Shown: in pieces, positions 40,292 to 49,087 of the stretch
Layout: each line of letters begins with the position of its first letter
How positions within the stretch are numbered: the stretch's first letter is position 1
Assembly: GCA_964454035.1 (NCBI GenBank)
Contig: CAYVQV010000001.1
Coordinates: forward strand, 1 to 58,887
Direction of reading: 5' to 3'
Origin: an uncultured Candidatus Nitrosopelagicus sp.
GTDB taxonomy: Archaea; Thermoproteota; Nitrososphaeria; Nitrososphaerales; Nitrosopumilaceae
Length of the DNA stretch: 58,887 nucleotides
Position numbers and translations under genes: made by a program
Notes under the pieces: model-generated
Seen by the model: only the letters and a program-made list of their open reading frames with translations
What the model was told of the DNA's origin: nothing
The model's database searches: none

Positions 40292-41209
40292 CTAAAATAT
40301 CATTCTAGTTATTGTTGGTATATCTCGGGTTCTAAATGAATAAGGATCCATACCTTCAAAATTGATTTTTCGCGATATACGTCTCACTCCAACTAATGAC
40401 ATTCTATAGATTATCTCCCAAAAATAACTTTTTCGTGTAATCAAATAGAATTTGTATAATGAATTAAACAAAAGTCTTGATTTCGGATAGAATTCGTTGA
40501 TATATTTATCGATATAAAATTTTGAATTTTCAATTTTAAACTGAATGTGTTCTAAGACTTCCTTTGGCTTAACATAGCCAATTTTTTCAATTGAGATTTT
40601 TTTATGTTTTAATGCAAAAATAATGTCATCAATATTATTTTCGGAATCTATTAGATTTGTACATCTTGCAATAGTACTAGTAACATGTGAATCACTTCCT
40701 GCTACCACGTGTAAATTATTTTCTTTTGCAAAGATTTCTGCCTTTTTATTAGAATAAACATCAATATTTGCACTGTTAAAAACTTCAAAAAGATCACATT
40801 TTTTTGAATCCTCTCTCAATGCGTCAATTAAGCTAAATGGATGTGGTGCAATAGTAACTGCGTCTTGATCCCGTGCATTATCTAGGATTTCATCCAAACT
40901 TTGACCAGATTTAATTTCCTTATGAAGACCATATACCAAAACATGGGCTTCTTTATCAGTAGTTACTTCTTCTGCAGGATATACACCAATTTTTGAAAAT
41001 TTACTATGGTTATTTTTATAATCAATTATCTGTTCATAACCGTCAAGTGTATTATGATTTGTAACAAATAAGAGATCCAAGTTAGAAAGAAATGATTTTT
41101 CTAATTGAGAGGAAATTGTAACATTTGAATCAAATGGAGATTCGATTTCTCCAACATGACCATTTGAATACATATTATGACAATGTGTTTCAGATCTGAG
41201 TAGTTTCAA
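40292..41209 (-). CDS. PHP domain metal-dependent phosphoesterase
   Basis: THCH, TNHN, EEV..H, APHP, EVFNS and GSDSH motifs. Confidence 0.9.
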   Translation of the reverse strand: MKLLRSETHCHNMYSNGHVGEIESPFDSNVTISSQLEKSFLSNLDLLFVTNHNTLDGYEQIIDYKNNHSKFSKIGVYPAEEVTTDKEAHVLVYGLHKEIKSGQSLDEILDNARDQDAVTIAPHPFSLIDALREDSKKCDLFEVFNSANIDVYSNKKAEIFAKENNLHVVAGSDSHVTSTIARCTNLIDSENNIDDIIFALKHKKISIEKIGYVKPKEVLEHIQFKIENSKFYIDKYINEFYPKSRLLFNSLYKFYLITRKSYFWEIIYRMSLVGVRRISRKINFEGMDPYSFRTRDIPTITRMIF

Positions 41210-41244
41210 TCGTATTTTATTATTTTACTGACTTTATTAATTAT

Positions 41245-41982
41245 CTACTTGAATAAATCATCTAAATCAGAACGTAATAAACTAGAAATTTTATCATCCT
41301 TAGAGTAAAATTTGTAGTTTTTAATTACAGCCATAGGAGATTTTTTTGTTTTTTCCATTACTAATTCTGCAGCAGAACACAATTCATCTACAATTGCAGT
41401 AGCAGTAACGCGAAGTAGTTTTCCAAACGTATCAGGTTTTCCTTCATAATTTAAAATTGATTCAATTCCTGAAATTCCAATTGCATTATCAGTTTGACCT
41501 AATCTAAACGGTCTACCAAATGTATCAGATATTATCACTGCAATATTTTTCCCAGTTTTTTTTCTTATTTCCTCACGTAATATTTTTGCAGATTTGTCAG
41601 AATCTATAGGTAATAACGTTACATAGTTCTCATCTACATTACTTTCATCAACTCCAGCATTAGCACAAATAAAACCATGTTTGGTTTGTACTATGATAAC
41701 TCCATGTTCCATTCTAACAATTCTTTTTGATTCAGATAAAATTACTTCAACCAATTTTGGATCCTTTTCATATGCAGATGCAATGCCAACAGATAATTCT
41801 GATGGAATTACACTATCCAAATTAATAGTACGACCTTCTTGTTTTGAAATAATTTTTTGTGTTACAACTAAAATATCATAATCTTCAATTCCACACTTAT
41901 TTGATGAAATTAAAACATCGGCCAAATTAGTTGATGGATTAACATCCTGATCAAAATGTACTGGAAATATGTGCAGGCTCAA
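41245..41982 (-). CDS. cofE: Coenzyme F420-0:L-glutamate ligase
   Basis: QKIISKQEGR, GFICANAGVDESN, ISDTFGRPFR and DELCSAA motifs. Confidence 0.95.
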   Translation of the reverse strand: MSLHIFPVHFDQDVNPSTNLADVLISSNKCGIEDYDILVVTQKIISKQEGRTINLDSVIPSELSVGIASAYEKDPKLVEVILSESKRIVRMEHGVIIVQTKHGFICANAGVDESNVDENYVTLLPIDSDKSAKILREEIRKKTGKNIAVIISDTFGRPFRLGQTDNAIGISGIESILNYEGKPDTFGKLLRVTATAIVDELCSAAELVMEKTKKSPMAVIKNYKFYSKDDKISSLLRSDLDDLFK

Positions 41983-42025
41983 TTGTAAATAACTGGTAAT
42001 TAACTATACTTGAAGCTTTACCAAA

Positions 42026-42673
42026 CTATACTGTTTGTAGAGCAAGTTGAAGTTTGTAATGATCATTAATTATTGGGATAATTTTTGAGAGATCTTTTTC
42101 TTCTAGAGTTGTAGTTGCAAGATCTTTAACTATATCCTGTGCTCTAAAAGCAATTCCTAAACCAGATATATCAAATAATTTTATATCATTTGCACCATCA
42201 ACGATTACAACTATTTCATCTTGTTTCTCCTTCCATTCGTCGATTTTTATTCTTGCAGATTTTGCTTTATCAGAATCAACATTAATCTTTACACCATCCA
42301 ATAAACCATCCTTAAAGATTAGTTCATTTGAGAAAACAAAATCTAAATCTAATTCTTTCTTGAGTCTTTCAGTCATAATTGTAAATCCACCAGACACTGC
42401 CATTATTTTCCATCCTGCATTTTTTAATGATTTACAAGCTTCTTTTGCACCATTCATTATAGGTAATTGATCTGCAATTTGCTGACATACATCAAAACTT
42501 AATCCTTTAAGTAAATCAACTCTGCTTTTTAGACCATCTTCCCAATTTATCAAACCCTGTATTCCTTTTTTGGTAATATCCCAGATTTCTCTTTCTTTAT
42601 TCACTTGTTCTGCAAGAATTGGTAAGTATTCAGCGTCATAAAGCACACCCTCAACATCAAAAATTGCTAACAA
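42026..42673 (-). CDS. serB: Phosphoserine phosphatase (HAD family)
   Basis: FDVEG, VSGGF and DGANDI motifs. Confidence 0.85.
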   Translation of the reverse strand: MLAIFDVEGVLYDAEYLPILAEQVNKEREIWDITKKGIQGLINWEDGLKSRVDLLKGLSFDVCQQIADQLPIMNGAKEACKSLKNAGWKIMAVSGGFTIMTERLKKELDLDFVFSNELIFKDGLLDGVKINVDSDKAKSARIKIDEWKEKQDEIVVIVDGANDIKLFDISGLGIAFRAQDIVKDLATTTLEEKDLSKIIPIINDHYKLQLALQTV

Positions 42674-42775
42674 TTAGTTTCTAAATTTCGAAAAGAAGTC
42701 AATCATATAAAAGTTGAAAGAGCATTGCCGATCGTTCACCGCTAATATTAAATCATCCTTTATTTTCAATTAATT

Positions 42776-43072
42776 ATGGTTGTTGATGAGTTAGAACATA
42801 AACATGAAGTTAAAGTGCAAACTAGAGAAGGACGTCAAAAATTAACTGATGATGTTAAAGCGATATTAAAAGATGGGGGAATGATGGATGAGAAAGGGAA
42901 ATTAAAACTAAAAGGAGTTAGTCCAAAAATGCTAAAACGAATGAAACAAGAATTTGTAGATTGCCCAGTACTCAAAGAAGAAGTTCATTTCATACAATGT
43001 TTTGTATGCCCAAATTTTCAAAGTAGAGTGATGGGAAATGTTCTCTGTAAAGGCGATTCTCTTAAAAACTAG
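42776..43072 (+). CDS. Hypothetical protein with four C-terminal Cys
   Basis: DCPV...IQCFVCPNF...VLCKG pattern. Confidence 0.75.
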   Translation: MVVDELEHKHEVKVQTREGRQKLTDDVKAILKDGGMMDEKGKLKLKGVSPKMLKRMKQEFVDCPVLKEEVHFIQCFVCPNFQSRVMGNVLCKGDSLKN

Positions 43073-43443
43073 ATATTTGTCGTAATTCGTTTAATGCTGT
43101 TAATAATTTTCATTTTTCGTGCTATTGGTAATTCAGGTTCCATACTTACAAAGAGTGTTTTTCTTTTTGCATAGATAACAAACTGTGTCACTTTTTCACG
43201 CTCAACATGGACGTATCTAACTTTGCCCAATGGTTTATCGAATTCCTGTCGCATTTTTCTTCTATCTGCAACTTGTTGGCAAAAATGTTCTTCTTGTTTT
43301 TGTGATTCTAAGGAAGTTTTTCCTTCTTTCATTATGCCCTCAACAATATTGCCTTTAAGATCAATTATTGCTGCAAATCTCATATGACTATCGATTTTTA
43401 CTACTTTCTCGATGATATCTAATAGTGCATTATTTGCAACCAT
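43069..43443 (-). CDS. Roadblock/longin-like thaumarchaeal protein (DUF6659-like)
   Basis: MRFAAIIDLKG, RQEFDKPLGKVRYVHVEREKV and LFVSMEP patterns. Confidence 0.7.
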   Translation of the reverse strand: MVANNALLDIIEKVVKIDSHMRFAAIIDLKGNIVEGIMKEGKTSLESQKQEEHFCQQVADRRKMRQEFDKPLGKVRYVHVEREKVTQFVIYAKRKTLFVSMEPELPIARKMKIINSIKRITTNI

Positions 43444-43548
43444 ACAAACCCAGAAAAAATTTGGAATATATGTCTAATTTTTTCATGTTATAAAATCACT
43501 AATTCTTTATTAAGAAAACTAAATAGTTCCTAAATAATTACATTTTAA

Positions 43549-44985
43549 ATGGGAAAAGAAATCGGTATCACTGTAAAAAAATCAGATGATTTCAGTGAGT
43601 GGTATACTCAATTGGTGATAAAGGCTGAACTTGCAGACTATGCTCCAGTCAAAGGTTTGATAGTTTTACGACCTGATGGATATTCAATTTGGGAATCGTT
43701 GAAATCTTCATTAGATTCCAAACTTGCTGCAACAGGACATCGTAATGGATTCTTACCTGTTTTGATTCCAGAGTCACTACTTGGAAAAGAAAAGGATCAT
43801 TTTGCTGGATTTAATCCTGAAGTATTTTGGGTTACACGTTCTGGTGATGGAGAAATTGGAGATAAACTTGCACTACGTCCAACATCTGAAACATTAGCAT
43901 ATACAATGTATGCCAAATGGATTAGAAGTTGGAGAGATTTACCACTAAAAATTAATTTTTGGAATTCAGCATTACGAGCTGAAATTAAAGCAACGAAACC
44001 ATTTTTGAGAACATCAGAATTCTTATGGCAAGAAGGACATACAGCACATTCTGATAAAAACGAAGCTGAAAAAGAAGTGACTGATATTTTAGAAATTTAT
44101 AAAAAAACTGTAGAAGATGAACTTGCTATTCCTGTAATAACTGGAAGAAAATCTGAAAAAGAGAAGTTTGTAGGTGCAGTATATACACTAACAATGGAAT
44201 CATTAATGCCTGATGGAAAAGCACTGCAAATGGGAACAACCCATTTTCTTGGACAAAATTTCTCAAAACCATTTGAAGTAAAGTATGCCGATAAAAATAA
44301 TGTTGAAAATTTTGTATGGCAAACTTCATGGGGTGTATCATGGAGATTGATTGGTGGAATGATTATGGTTCATGGAGATGATAAGGGCCTTGTGTTACCG
44401 CCTAGAGTGGCACCGATTCAAGTAGTAATTATTCCAATATACCATTCAGATGAAGAGAAAAAAAATATTCTAGAAAAATCAAGAGAGATCGAGCATGAAT
44501 TAGGATCTACTCGTGTGCATTTGGATGATAGAGACCAAGTAACACCAGGTTTTAAATTCAATGATTGGGAAATGAAAGGAGTACCAATAAGAATTGAACT
44601 TGGTCCAAAAGATCTTGAACAAGATAAAGTGGTCTTTGTTAGAAGACATAATCAACAAAAACAGGAATGCCCAATTGGTGATTTAGCAGAAAAAGTAATC
44701 ACTGAATTAGATAATATACATACTGACATGTTTTCAGACGCACAAAAAATTCTGGATGATAGAACAATTAATGTAGAAACTTATGATGAATTCAAATCTG
44801 AATTAGAGAAGGGAATGCTCATCAAGACACCCATATGTGATAACCCATCATGTGAAGAAAAAATTAAGGAAGAAACTGGTGCTGATATCAGGGTAATACC
44901 AGACGGCTGTGAGGATGAGAGTTCAAAATGTGTTTATTGTACTAATCAGAGTAAAATAAGACCATTTTTTGCAAGAGGTTACTAA
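43549..44985 (+). CDS. proS: Proline--tRNA ligase (archaeal/eukaryotic type)
   Basis: RPTSET, FLRTSEFLWQEGHT, QTSWG, VHGDDKGL and C-terminal FARGY motifs. Confidence 0.97.
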   Translation: MGKEIGITVKKSDDFSEWYTQLVIKAELADYAPVKGLIVLRPDGYSIWESLKSSLDSKLAATGHRNGFLPVLIPESLLGKEKDHFAGFNPEVFWVTRSGDGEIGDKLALRPTSETLAYTMYAKWIRSWRDLPLKINFWNSALRAEIKATKPFLRTSEFLWQEGHTAHSDKNEAEKEVTDILEIYKKTVEDELAIPVITGRKSEKEKFVGAVYTLTMESLMPDGKALQMGTTHFLGQNFSKPFEVKYADKNNVENFVWQTSWGVSWRLIGGMIMVHGDDKGLVLPPRVAPIQVVIIPIYHSDEEKKNILEKSREIEHELGSTRVHLDDRDQVTPGFKFNDWEMKGVPIRIELGPKDLEQDKVVFVRRHNQQKQECPIGDLAEKVITELDNIHTDMFSDAQKILDDRTINVETYDEFKSELEKGMLIKTPICDNPSCEEKIKEETGADIRVIPDGCEDESSKCVYCTNQSKIRPFFARGY

Positions 44986-45016
44986 AACTAATTAGTTGAG
45001 ATTTATCGATAATATA

Positions 45017-46054
45017 ATGTCAGAAAAAATGAAGGCTATGGTTCTTAATGAATTAGGACCAGTCGAATCAAAACCACTCAAACTTACTGAAATTACAAGA
45101 CATGAAATTTCAACACCTGATGAAATTTTGATAAAAATTGAAGCATGTGGTGTATGCCATTCACAATTACATGGAATAGAAGGAGATTGGAAGGATCTTG
45201 GTATTCCACCCACACTACCAACAGTTCCAGGTCATGAAATAGTAGGAAAAATTGTACAAGTTGGAAAAAATGTGCAGAAATTTACTGTAGGTGATAGAGT
45301 TGGTATAACACCATTACTTGGTTCATGTATGAAATGTCAATATTGCAAAGAGGGTAAAGAATACCTTTGTGAAAAAATGGAAGTTACAGGAGAATCACTG
45401 AAAGGTGGATACTCAGAATACATTACAGCTTCAGAAAACTTTGTTACAAAAGTTCCTGATACAATGAAACCTGAATATGCCGCCCCATTATTTTGTGCAG
45501 GTATAACTGCATACAAAGCTGTGAAAGCTGCAGAACCTGAAAAAAATAAAAAAATTGGAATTTTTGGAATAGGTGGAGTTGGCCATATGGCAATACAATT
45601 CGCTAAAATTGAAGGATGCAACGTTACTGCAATTTCAAGAAAAGAAAACCATCTTAAAGTTGCAAAAAACTTAGGTGTTGATAATGCAATTGTATACTCA
45701 AAAGATCAAGAAAGATTTTTAGAAGAACTAAATGATAAAGTTGGTTTGCTTGATGCAGGAATAGTTTTTGCACCATCAGATGATGTTACTGACACTGCAA
45801 TAAAATCAATCAAAAAAGGTGGATCAGTAATAATAGCAACAGTTGGAAAAATCCCTAATTTTCTAGCATTTGAAGAAAAAACTATTAGGGGTACACTAAT
45901 TGGTTCAAGAAAAGATATGCAAGAAGTTATTAAAATTGCTGAAGAAGAAAAATTACATGTTGTCACTCAAACTTTTCCGTTAGAACAAGCCAACGAAGTT
46001 CTAGAAAAATTGAAAACTTCAAAAATTGATGCCAGAGCAGTACTCATTCCTTAA
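45017..46054 (+). CDS. Zinc-dependent alcohol dehydrogenase (MDR family; probable start 45017 or later)
   Basis: CGVCHS, GHE, CMKCQYC..C structural zinc site, LFCAG and GIGGVG motifs. Confidence 0.93.
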   Translation: MSEKMKAMVLNELGPVESKPLKLTEITRHEISTPDEILIKIEACGVCHSQLHGIEGDWKDLGIPPTLPTVPGHEIVGKIVQVGKNVQKFTVGDRVGITPLLGSCMKCQYCKEGKEYLCEKMEVTGESLKGGYSEYITASENFVTKVPDTMKPEYAAPLFCAGITAYKAVKAAEPEKNKKIGIFGIGGVGHMAIQFAKIEGCNVTAISRKENHLKVAKNLGVDNAIVYSKDQERFLEELNDKVGLLDAGIVFAPSDDVTDTAIKSIKKGGSVIIATVGKIPNFLAFEEKTIRGTLIGSRKDMQEVIKIAEEEKLHVVTQTFPLEQANEVLEKLKTSKIDARAVLIP

Positions 46055-46078
46055 ATAACGAGCAAAAATTGAGACAGT

Positions 46079-46231
46079 ATGAATTGCAGAAGATGTCATC
46101 ATACTGACGAAGTTCATAAAACTACAGATTCCACTGAATCAATATTAAGAAGAGGATCATGTGATATTCCCGATTGTCCATGTAATCAATTTCTGGATGC
46201 ATTTGAAGAAATTGATGACGAACAACTTTAA
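46079..46231 (+). CDS. Small Cys/His-rich putative zinc-binding protein (50 aa)
   Basis: Not in ORF track. Manual translation MNCRRCHHTDEVHKTTDSTESILRRGSCDIPDCPCNQFLDAFEEIDDEQL; upstream TTAAAT at about -25. Confidence 0.75.
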   Translation: MNCRRCHHTDEVHKTTDSTESILRRGSCDIPDCPCNQFLDAFEEIDDEQL

Positions 46232-46264
46232 ATCATTAATATTACATATTGATTAAAAATAAAT

Positions 46265-46504
46265 ATGAAAAAACATGCTCCTGCTGATGAAATGAGAAAA
46301 GATCTTGAAAATCTTCTATCAAGAATTAATGCATTAGAAGTTTCTGCACCAGACGATTATCAAAAAAGCTTAACAAAAGTACTTCGTGTACTAACTGAGG
46401 GACAAATGCATTCTGTTAATGAATTTGAACATTTAAAAAAAGCAATAGATCTTCTGACAATGCAATTATTTGAAGCACAAAATAAAATCAATTCAAAAAA
46501 TTAG
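46265..46504 (+). CDS. Small helical/coiled-coil hypothetical protein
   Basis: 79-aa ATG ORF with heptad-like Leu/Ile spacing. Confidence 0.75.
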   Translation: MKKHAPADEMRKDLENLLSRINALEVSAPDDYQKSLTKVLRVLTEGQMHSVNEFEHLKKAIDLLTMQLFEAQNKINSKN

Positions 46505-46522
46505 AAAAAAGTAAATGCAAAA

Positions 46523-46846
46523 TCATTCATCATTACAAACTGGTCTGTACTTAGAAATAATTTTTTGAACAATTCTTTCACGTTCATCGTTCTCAGAATT
46601 CCACATGGGATATATTGATAGATACAAACGATCTTCAGAACCTGCATGTTGTAACCAACATTTGAATTTATCATTTTTTATGAAAAAATCATTTTCAGTT
46701 ACCTTGTCAGACTGGCCTGCATGGATCATTTTGAATCCTTCTTGAAGTTTTTCAAACATAAGATATACTACTTCATCCATAGGTGGTCCCCATTCAGAGA
46801 TCTTAATTGGACCCAAGAACTCATAATGTAGAATTTGTATTGTCAT
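46523..46846 (-). CDS. Hypothetical protein, degenerate GIY-YIG-like
   Basis: VVYLMF...IHAGQS...RIVQKIISKYRPVCN pattern. Confidence 0.6.
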   Translation of the reverse strand: MTIQILHYEFLGPIKISEWGPPMDEVVYLMFEKLQEGFKMIHAGQSDKVTENDFFIKNDKFKCWLQHAGSEDRLYLSIYPMWNSENDERERIVQKIISKYRPVCNDE

Positions 46847-46950
46847 ACACTTTGAATAATTCTAGGTAGTTTTTCACTCTTCCGAATAGAATATACACTA
46901 AGAGGTGAATTTCTTAAAGATTAAATTTAACCAAAATTGCCTCATACTAA

Positions 46951-47562
46951 ATGTCAGATTTAGAAAATCCTCATTATCATAGAAAAGCAGGATACGCAAT
47001 GATTATGGTTGCAGCCTCGCTAGCAGCAATAGGAGTTGTTCACATCCTGATTGGCGAAGATGTTCTTTTTGCAGATACTATTCAAAGAGACAAGACTAAA
47101 TTCTTTGAGATGTGTAAAGCTGGAAATTATCTAGGTGAAGGATGTGACATTTTTGATAAAAAAGGAAACACATTGTATGAAATTCCTAGATTAAATCCAG
47201 ATGGCACTATGGATGAGGCTGATATAGAACTCACAGAGGAAATGGAATCTGCTCCTCAAACTATAGTAGAAACTGTAATTATTCCAGAAGGCACTGGAGC
47301 ACCTGGTTGTGAAGAAACAGACGAGTGCTACATTCCAGCCATGTTAAATATTTCAAACGGTACTACAGTATCTTGGGAAAACATAGATGGTGCAGCACAT
47401 TTTGCAACTAGTGGTACACCTGACGGTGGACCTGATGGAATTTTTGATTCTGGTATGATTGGACCTAATTCTGTCTACGAATACGAATTTTCTAATGTTG
47501 GTGAATTTGAATATTATTGTCTTGTTCATCCTTGGATGACAGGAATTATTGTTGTAGAATAA
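46951..47562 (+). CDS. Membrane-anchored blue (type-1) copper protein
   Basis: N-terminal TM helix; WENIDGAAH...FDSG...YYCLVHPWMTG with His/Cys/His/Met ligands. Confidence 0.92.
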   Translation: MSDLENPHYHRKAGYAMIMVAASLAAIGVVHILIGEDVLFADTIQRDKTKFFEMCKAGNYLGEGCDIFDKKGNTLYEIPRLNPDGTMDEADIELTEEMESAPQTIVETVIIPEGTGAPGCEETDECYIPAMLNISNGTTVSWENIDGAAHFATSGTPDGGPDGIFDSGMIGPNSVYEYEFSNVGEFEYYCLVHPWMTGIIVVE

Positions 47563-48255
47563 TTAACTTCCATTCATGTAATCTTCCCACTTGTTCAAAT
47601 TAGCAGTTAAACGATTCATCTGATACATTGCTCCACCTAATATTCCAGCATGATAAAATGCGTAAAGAAATACTTGTGAGTTGGTAGGATCAGATTGGGT
47701 AAGACTCAAACTTATCATTGTAAAAAAACCAAATGTACCTGCAAATGTAATCAATTTACTAACTATACCTCCGCCAAGACCAACTATTCGTCTTGTCGCT
47801 GCAGCCATAATTGTGATACTTGACACAATTAGGAATGTAACTCCACCGTTTGATGTGATCAATTCAATTGTCCATGGTATGATATTTTCAGATGTGAGAG
47901 ACATTTCTGGTGCAAATGCACCACCATGAAGTGCGAAGCTTACTGAGCTAAACAAACCACCAATAACTAAGAAAAAAAGAAACACCTTCATTATTTTCCG
48001 TTTTAATGCGCTTCTAGTTTCAGATGGATGTATTGCTTTTTCAGTTATTTTCAATCCATACAGAAAACCAATTACAAAAGCAGGAACATATAATATATTT
48101 ATGATAATTGGATTGTCAACAAACAAGTCAGCAAAAAATGTATTAAGAATAACTGCAATAATTAATGCCGCACCTGCACCTGCACCAAAAACTAAGAAAT
48201 TTGAATATTTAAAAAATTTTGAATCTTCTACATCAGAATTATTCCACGAATACAC
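47563..48255 (-). CDS. Multi-pass membrane protein of unknown function
   Basis: About six hydrophobic segments. Confidence 0.75.
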   Translation of the reverse strand: MYSWNNSDVEDSKFFKYSNFLVFGAGAGAALIIAVILNTFFADLFVDNPIIINILYVPAFVIGFLYGLKITEKAIHPSETRSALKRKIMKVFLFFLVIGGLFSSVSFALHGGAFAPEMSLTSENIIPWTIELITSNGGVTFLIVSSITIMAAATRRIVGLGGGIVSKLITFAGTFGFFTMISLSLTQSDPTNSQVFLYAFYHAGILGGAMYQMNRLTANLNKWEDYMNGS

Positions 48256-48388
48256 AAAAATTATTCAAATAATATAGATTAAAGAACCTAGTCAAAATTG
48301 ATTAGTGTATTTTGTAAATTCTGATAAGCTATTCGTCAAACAATGAACAAACACTGATTGATAAGCAAGAAACAAGGAAATTAGTCAC

Positions 48389-48595
48389 ATGAACTCAGTT
48401 CCAATTATAGTCATAGGCATAATTATTATGATTTTTGGAGTTATATTTCAATTTCAGGGACAAGGAATGATAGGACCAGAGGAATCATTCATGTATGAAA
48501 ATCCTACCTGGATTAATAATGGAAATTATATTGCAATGTTTGGTGTAATAATAATTCTGATTGGGTACATAGTTGAAAAGAAAAAGTCAGTCTAG
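48389..48595 (+). CDS. Small two-TM membrane protein
   Basis: Two hydrophobic helices flanking QGQGMIGPEESFMYENPTW. Confidence 0.75.
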   Translation: MNSVPIIVIGIIIMIFGVIFQFQGQGMIGPEESFMYENPTWINNGNYIAMFGVIIILIGYIVEKKKSV

Positions 48596-49047
48596 TGTTT
48601 TTGGAAATATTTTTGATGATATTCTTCTGCACGATAAAATTGAACTGCAGATTTAATCTCAGTAACAATCTCATTGCCAAATTTCTCCTTTGCAATAGGA
48701 TTAAGCTTTTCTTTAACATCTTTTGCTAGTTCTTCCTGATCAGCGTCATGGCAGAAAATGGCAGAACGATATTGTATTCCTACATCTGGACCTTGTCTGT
48801 TTGGTGTTGTTGGATTATGGTTTTCGAAAAACACTTTGAGTAGTTCTTTGTATGAAATTTCTTCAGGTTCATATTCAACCTCAATTGCTTCTGCATGACC
48901 AGTTGTATCAGTACAAACTTGTTCATATGTAGGGTTTTCCAAGTTTCCACCTGTATAACCAACTTGGGTAGATTTTACACCGGGTGTTTTACTAAATACT
49001 TCTTCAACATGCCAAAAACACCCTGCTGCAAATGTTGCTTTTTTCAT
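48592..49047 (-). CDS. msrA: Peptide-methionine (S)-S-oxide reductase (probable start 49047)
   Basis: FAAGCFW, GYTGG, PTYEQVC, GHAE, QGPDVGIQYRS and AEEYHQKY motifs. Confidence 0.96.
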   Translation of the reverse strand: MKKATFAAGCFWHVEEVFSKTPGVKSTQVGYTGGNLENPTYEQVCTDTTGHAEAIEVEYEPEEISYKELLKVFFENHNPTTPNRQGPDVGIQYRSAIFCHDADQEELAKDVKEKLNPIAKEKFGNEIVTEIKSAVQFYRAEEYHQKYFQKH

Positions 49048-49087
49048 ATTTTTGATTATATCTAATTTTAATAAATAATTTTCTAAC

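Noticed and set aside
48260..48388. Possible C/D-box sRNA (CTGA, TGACGA-like words)
   Set aside because: Boxes do not form a convincing C-D'-C'-D arrangement on either strand.
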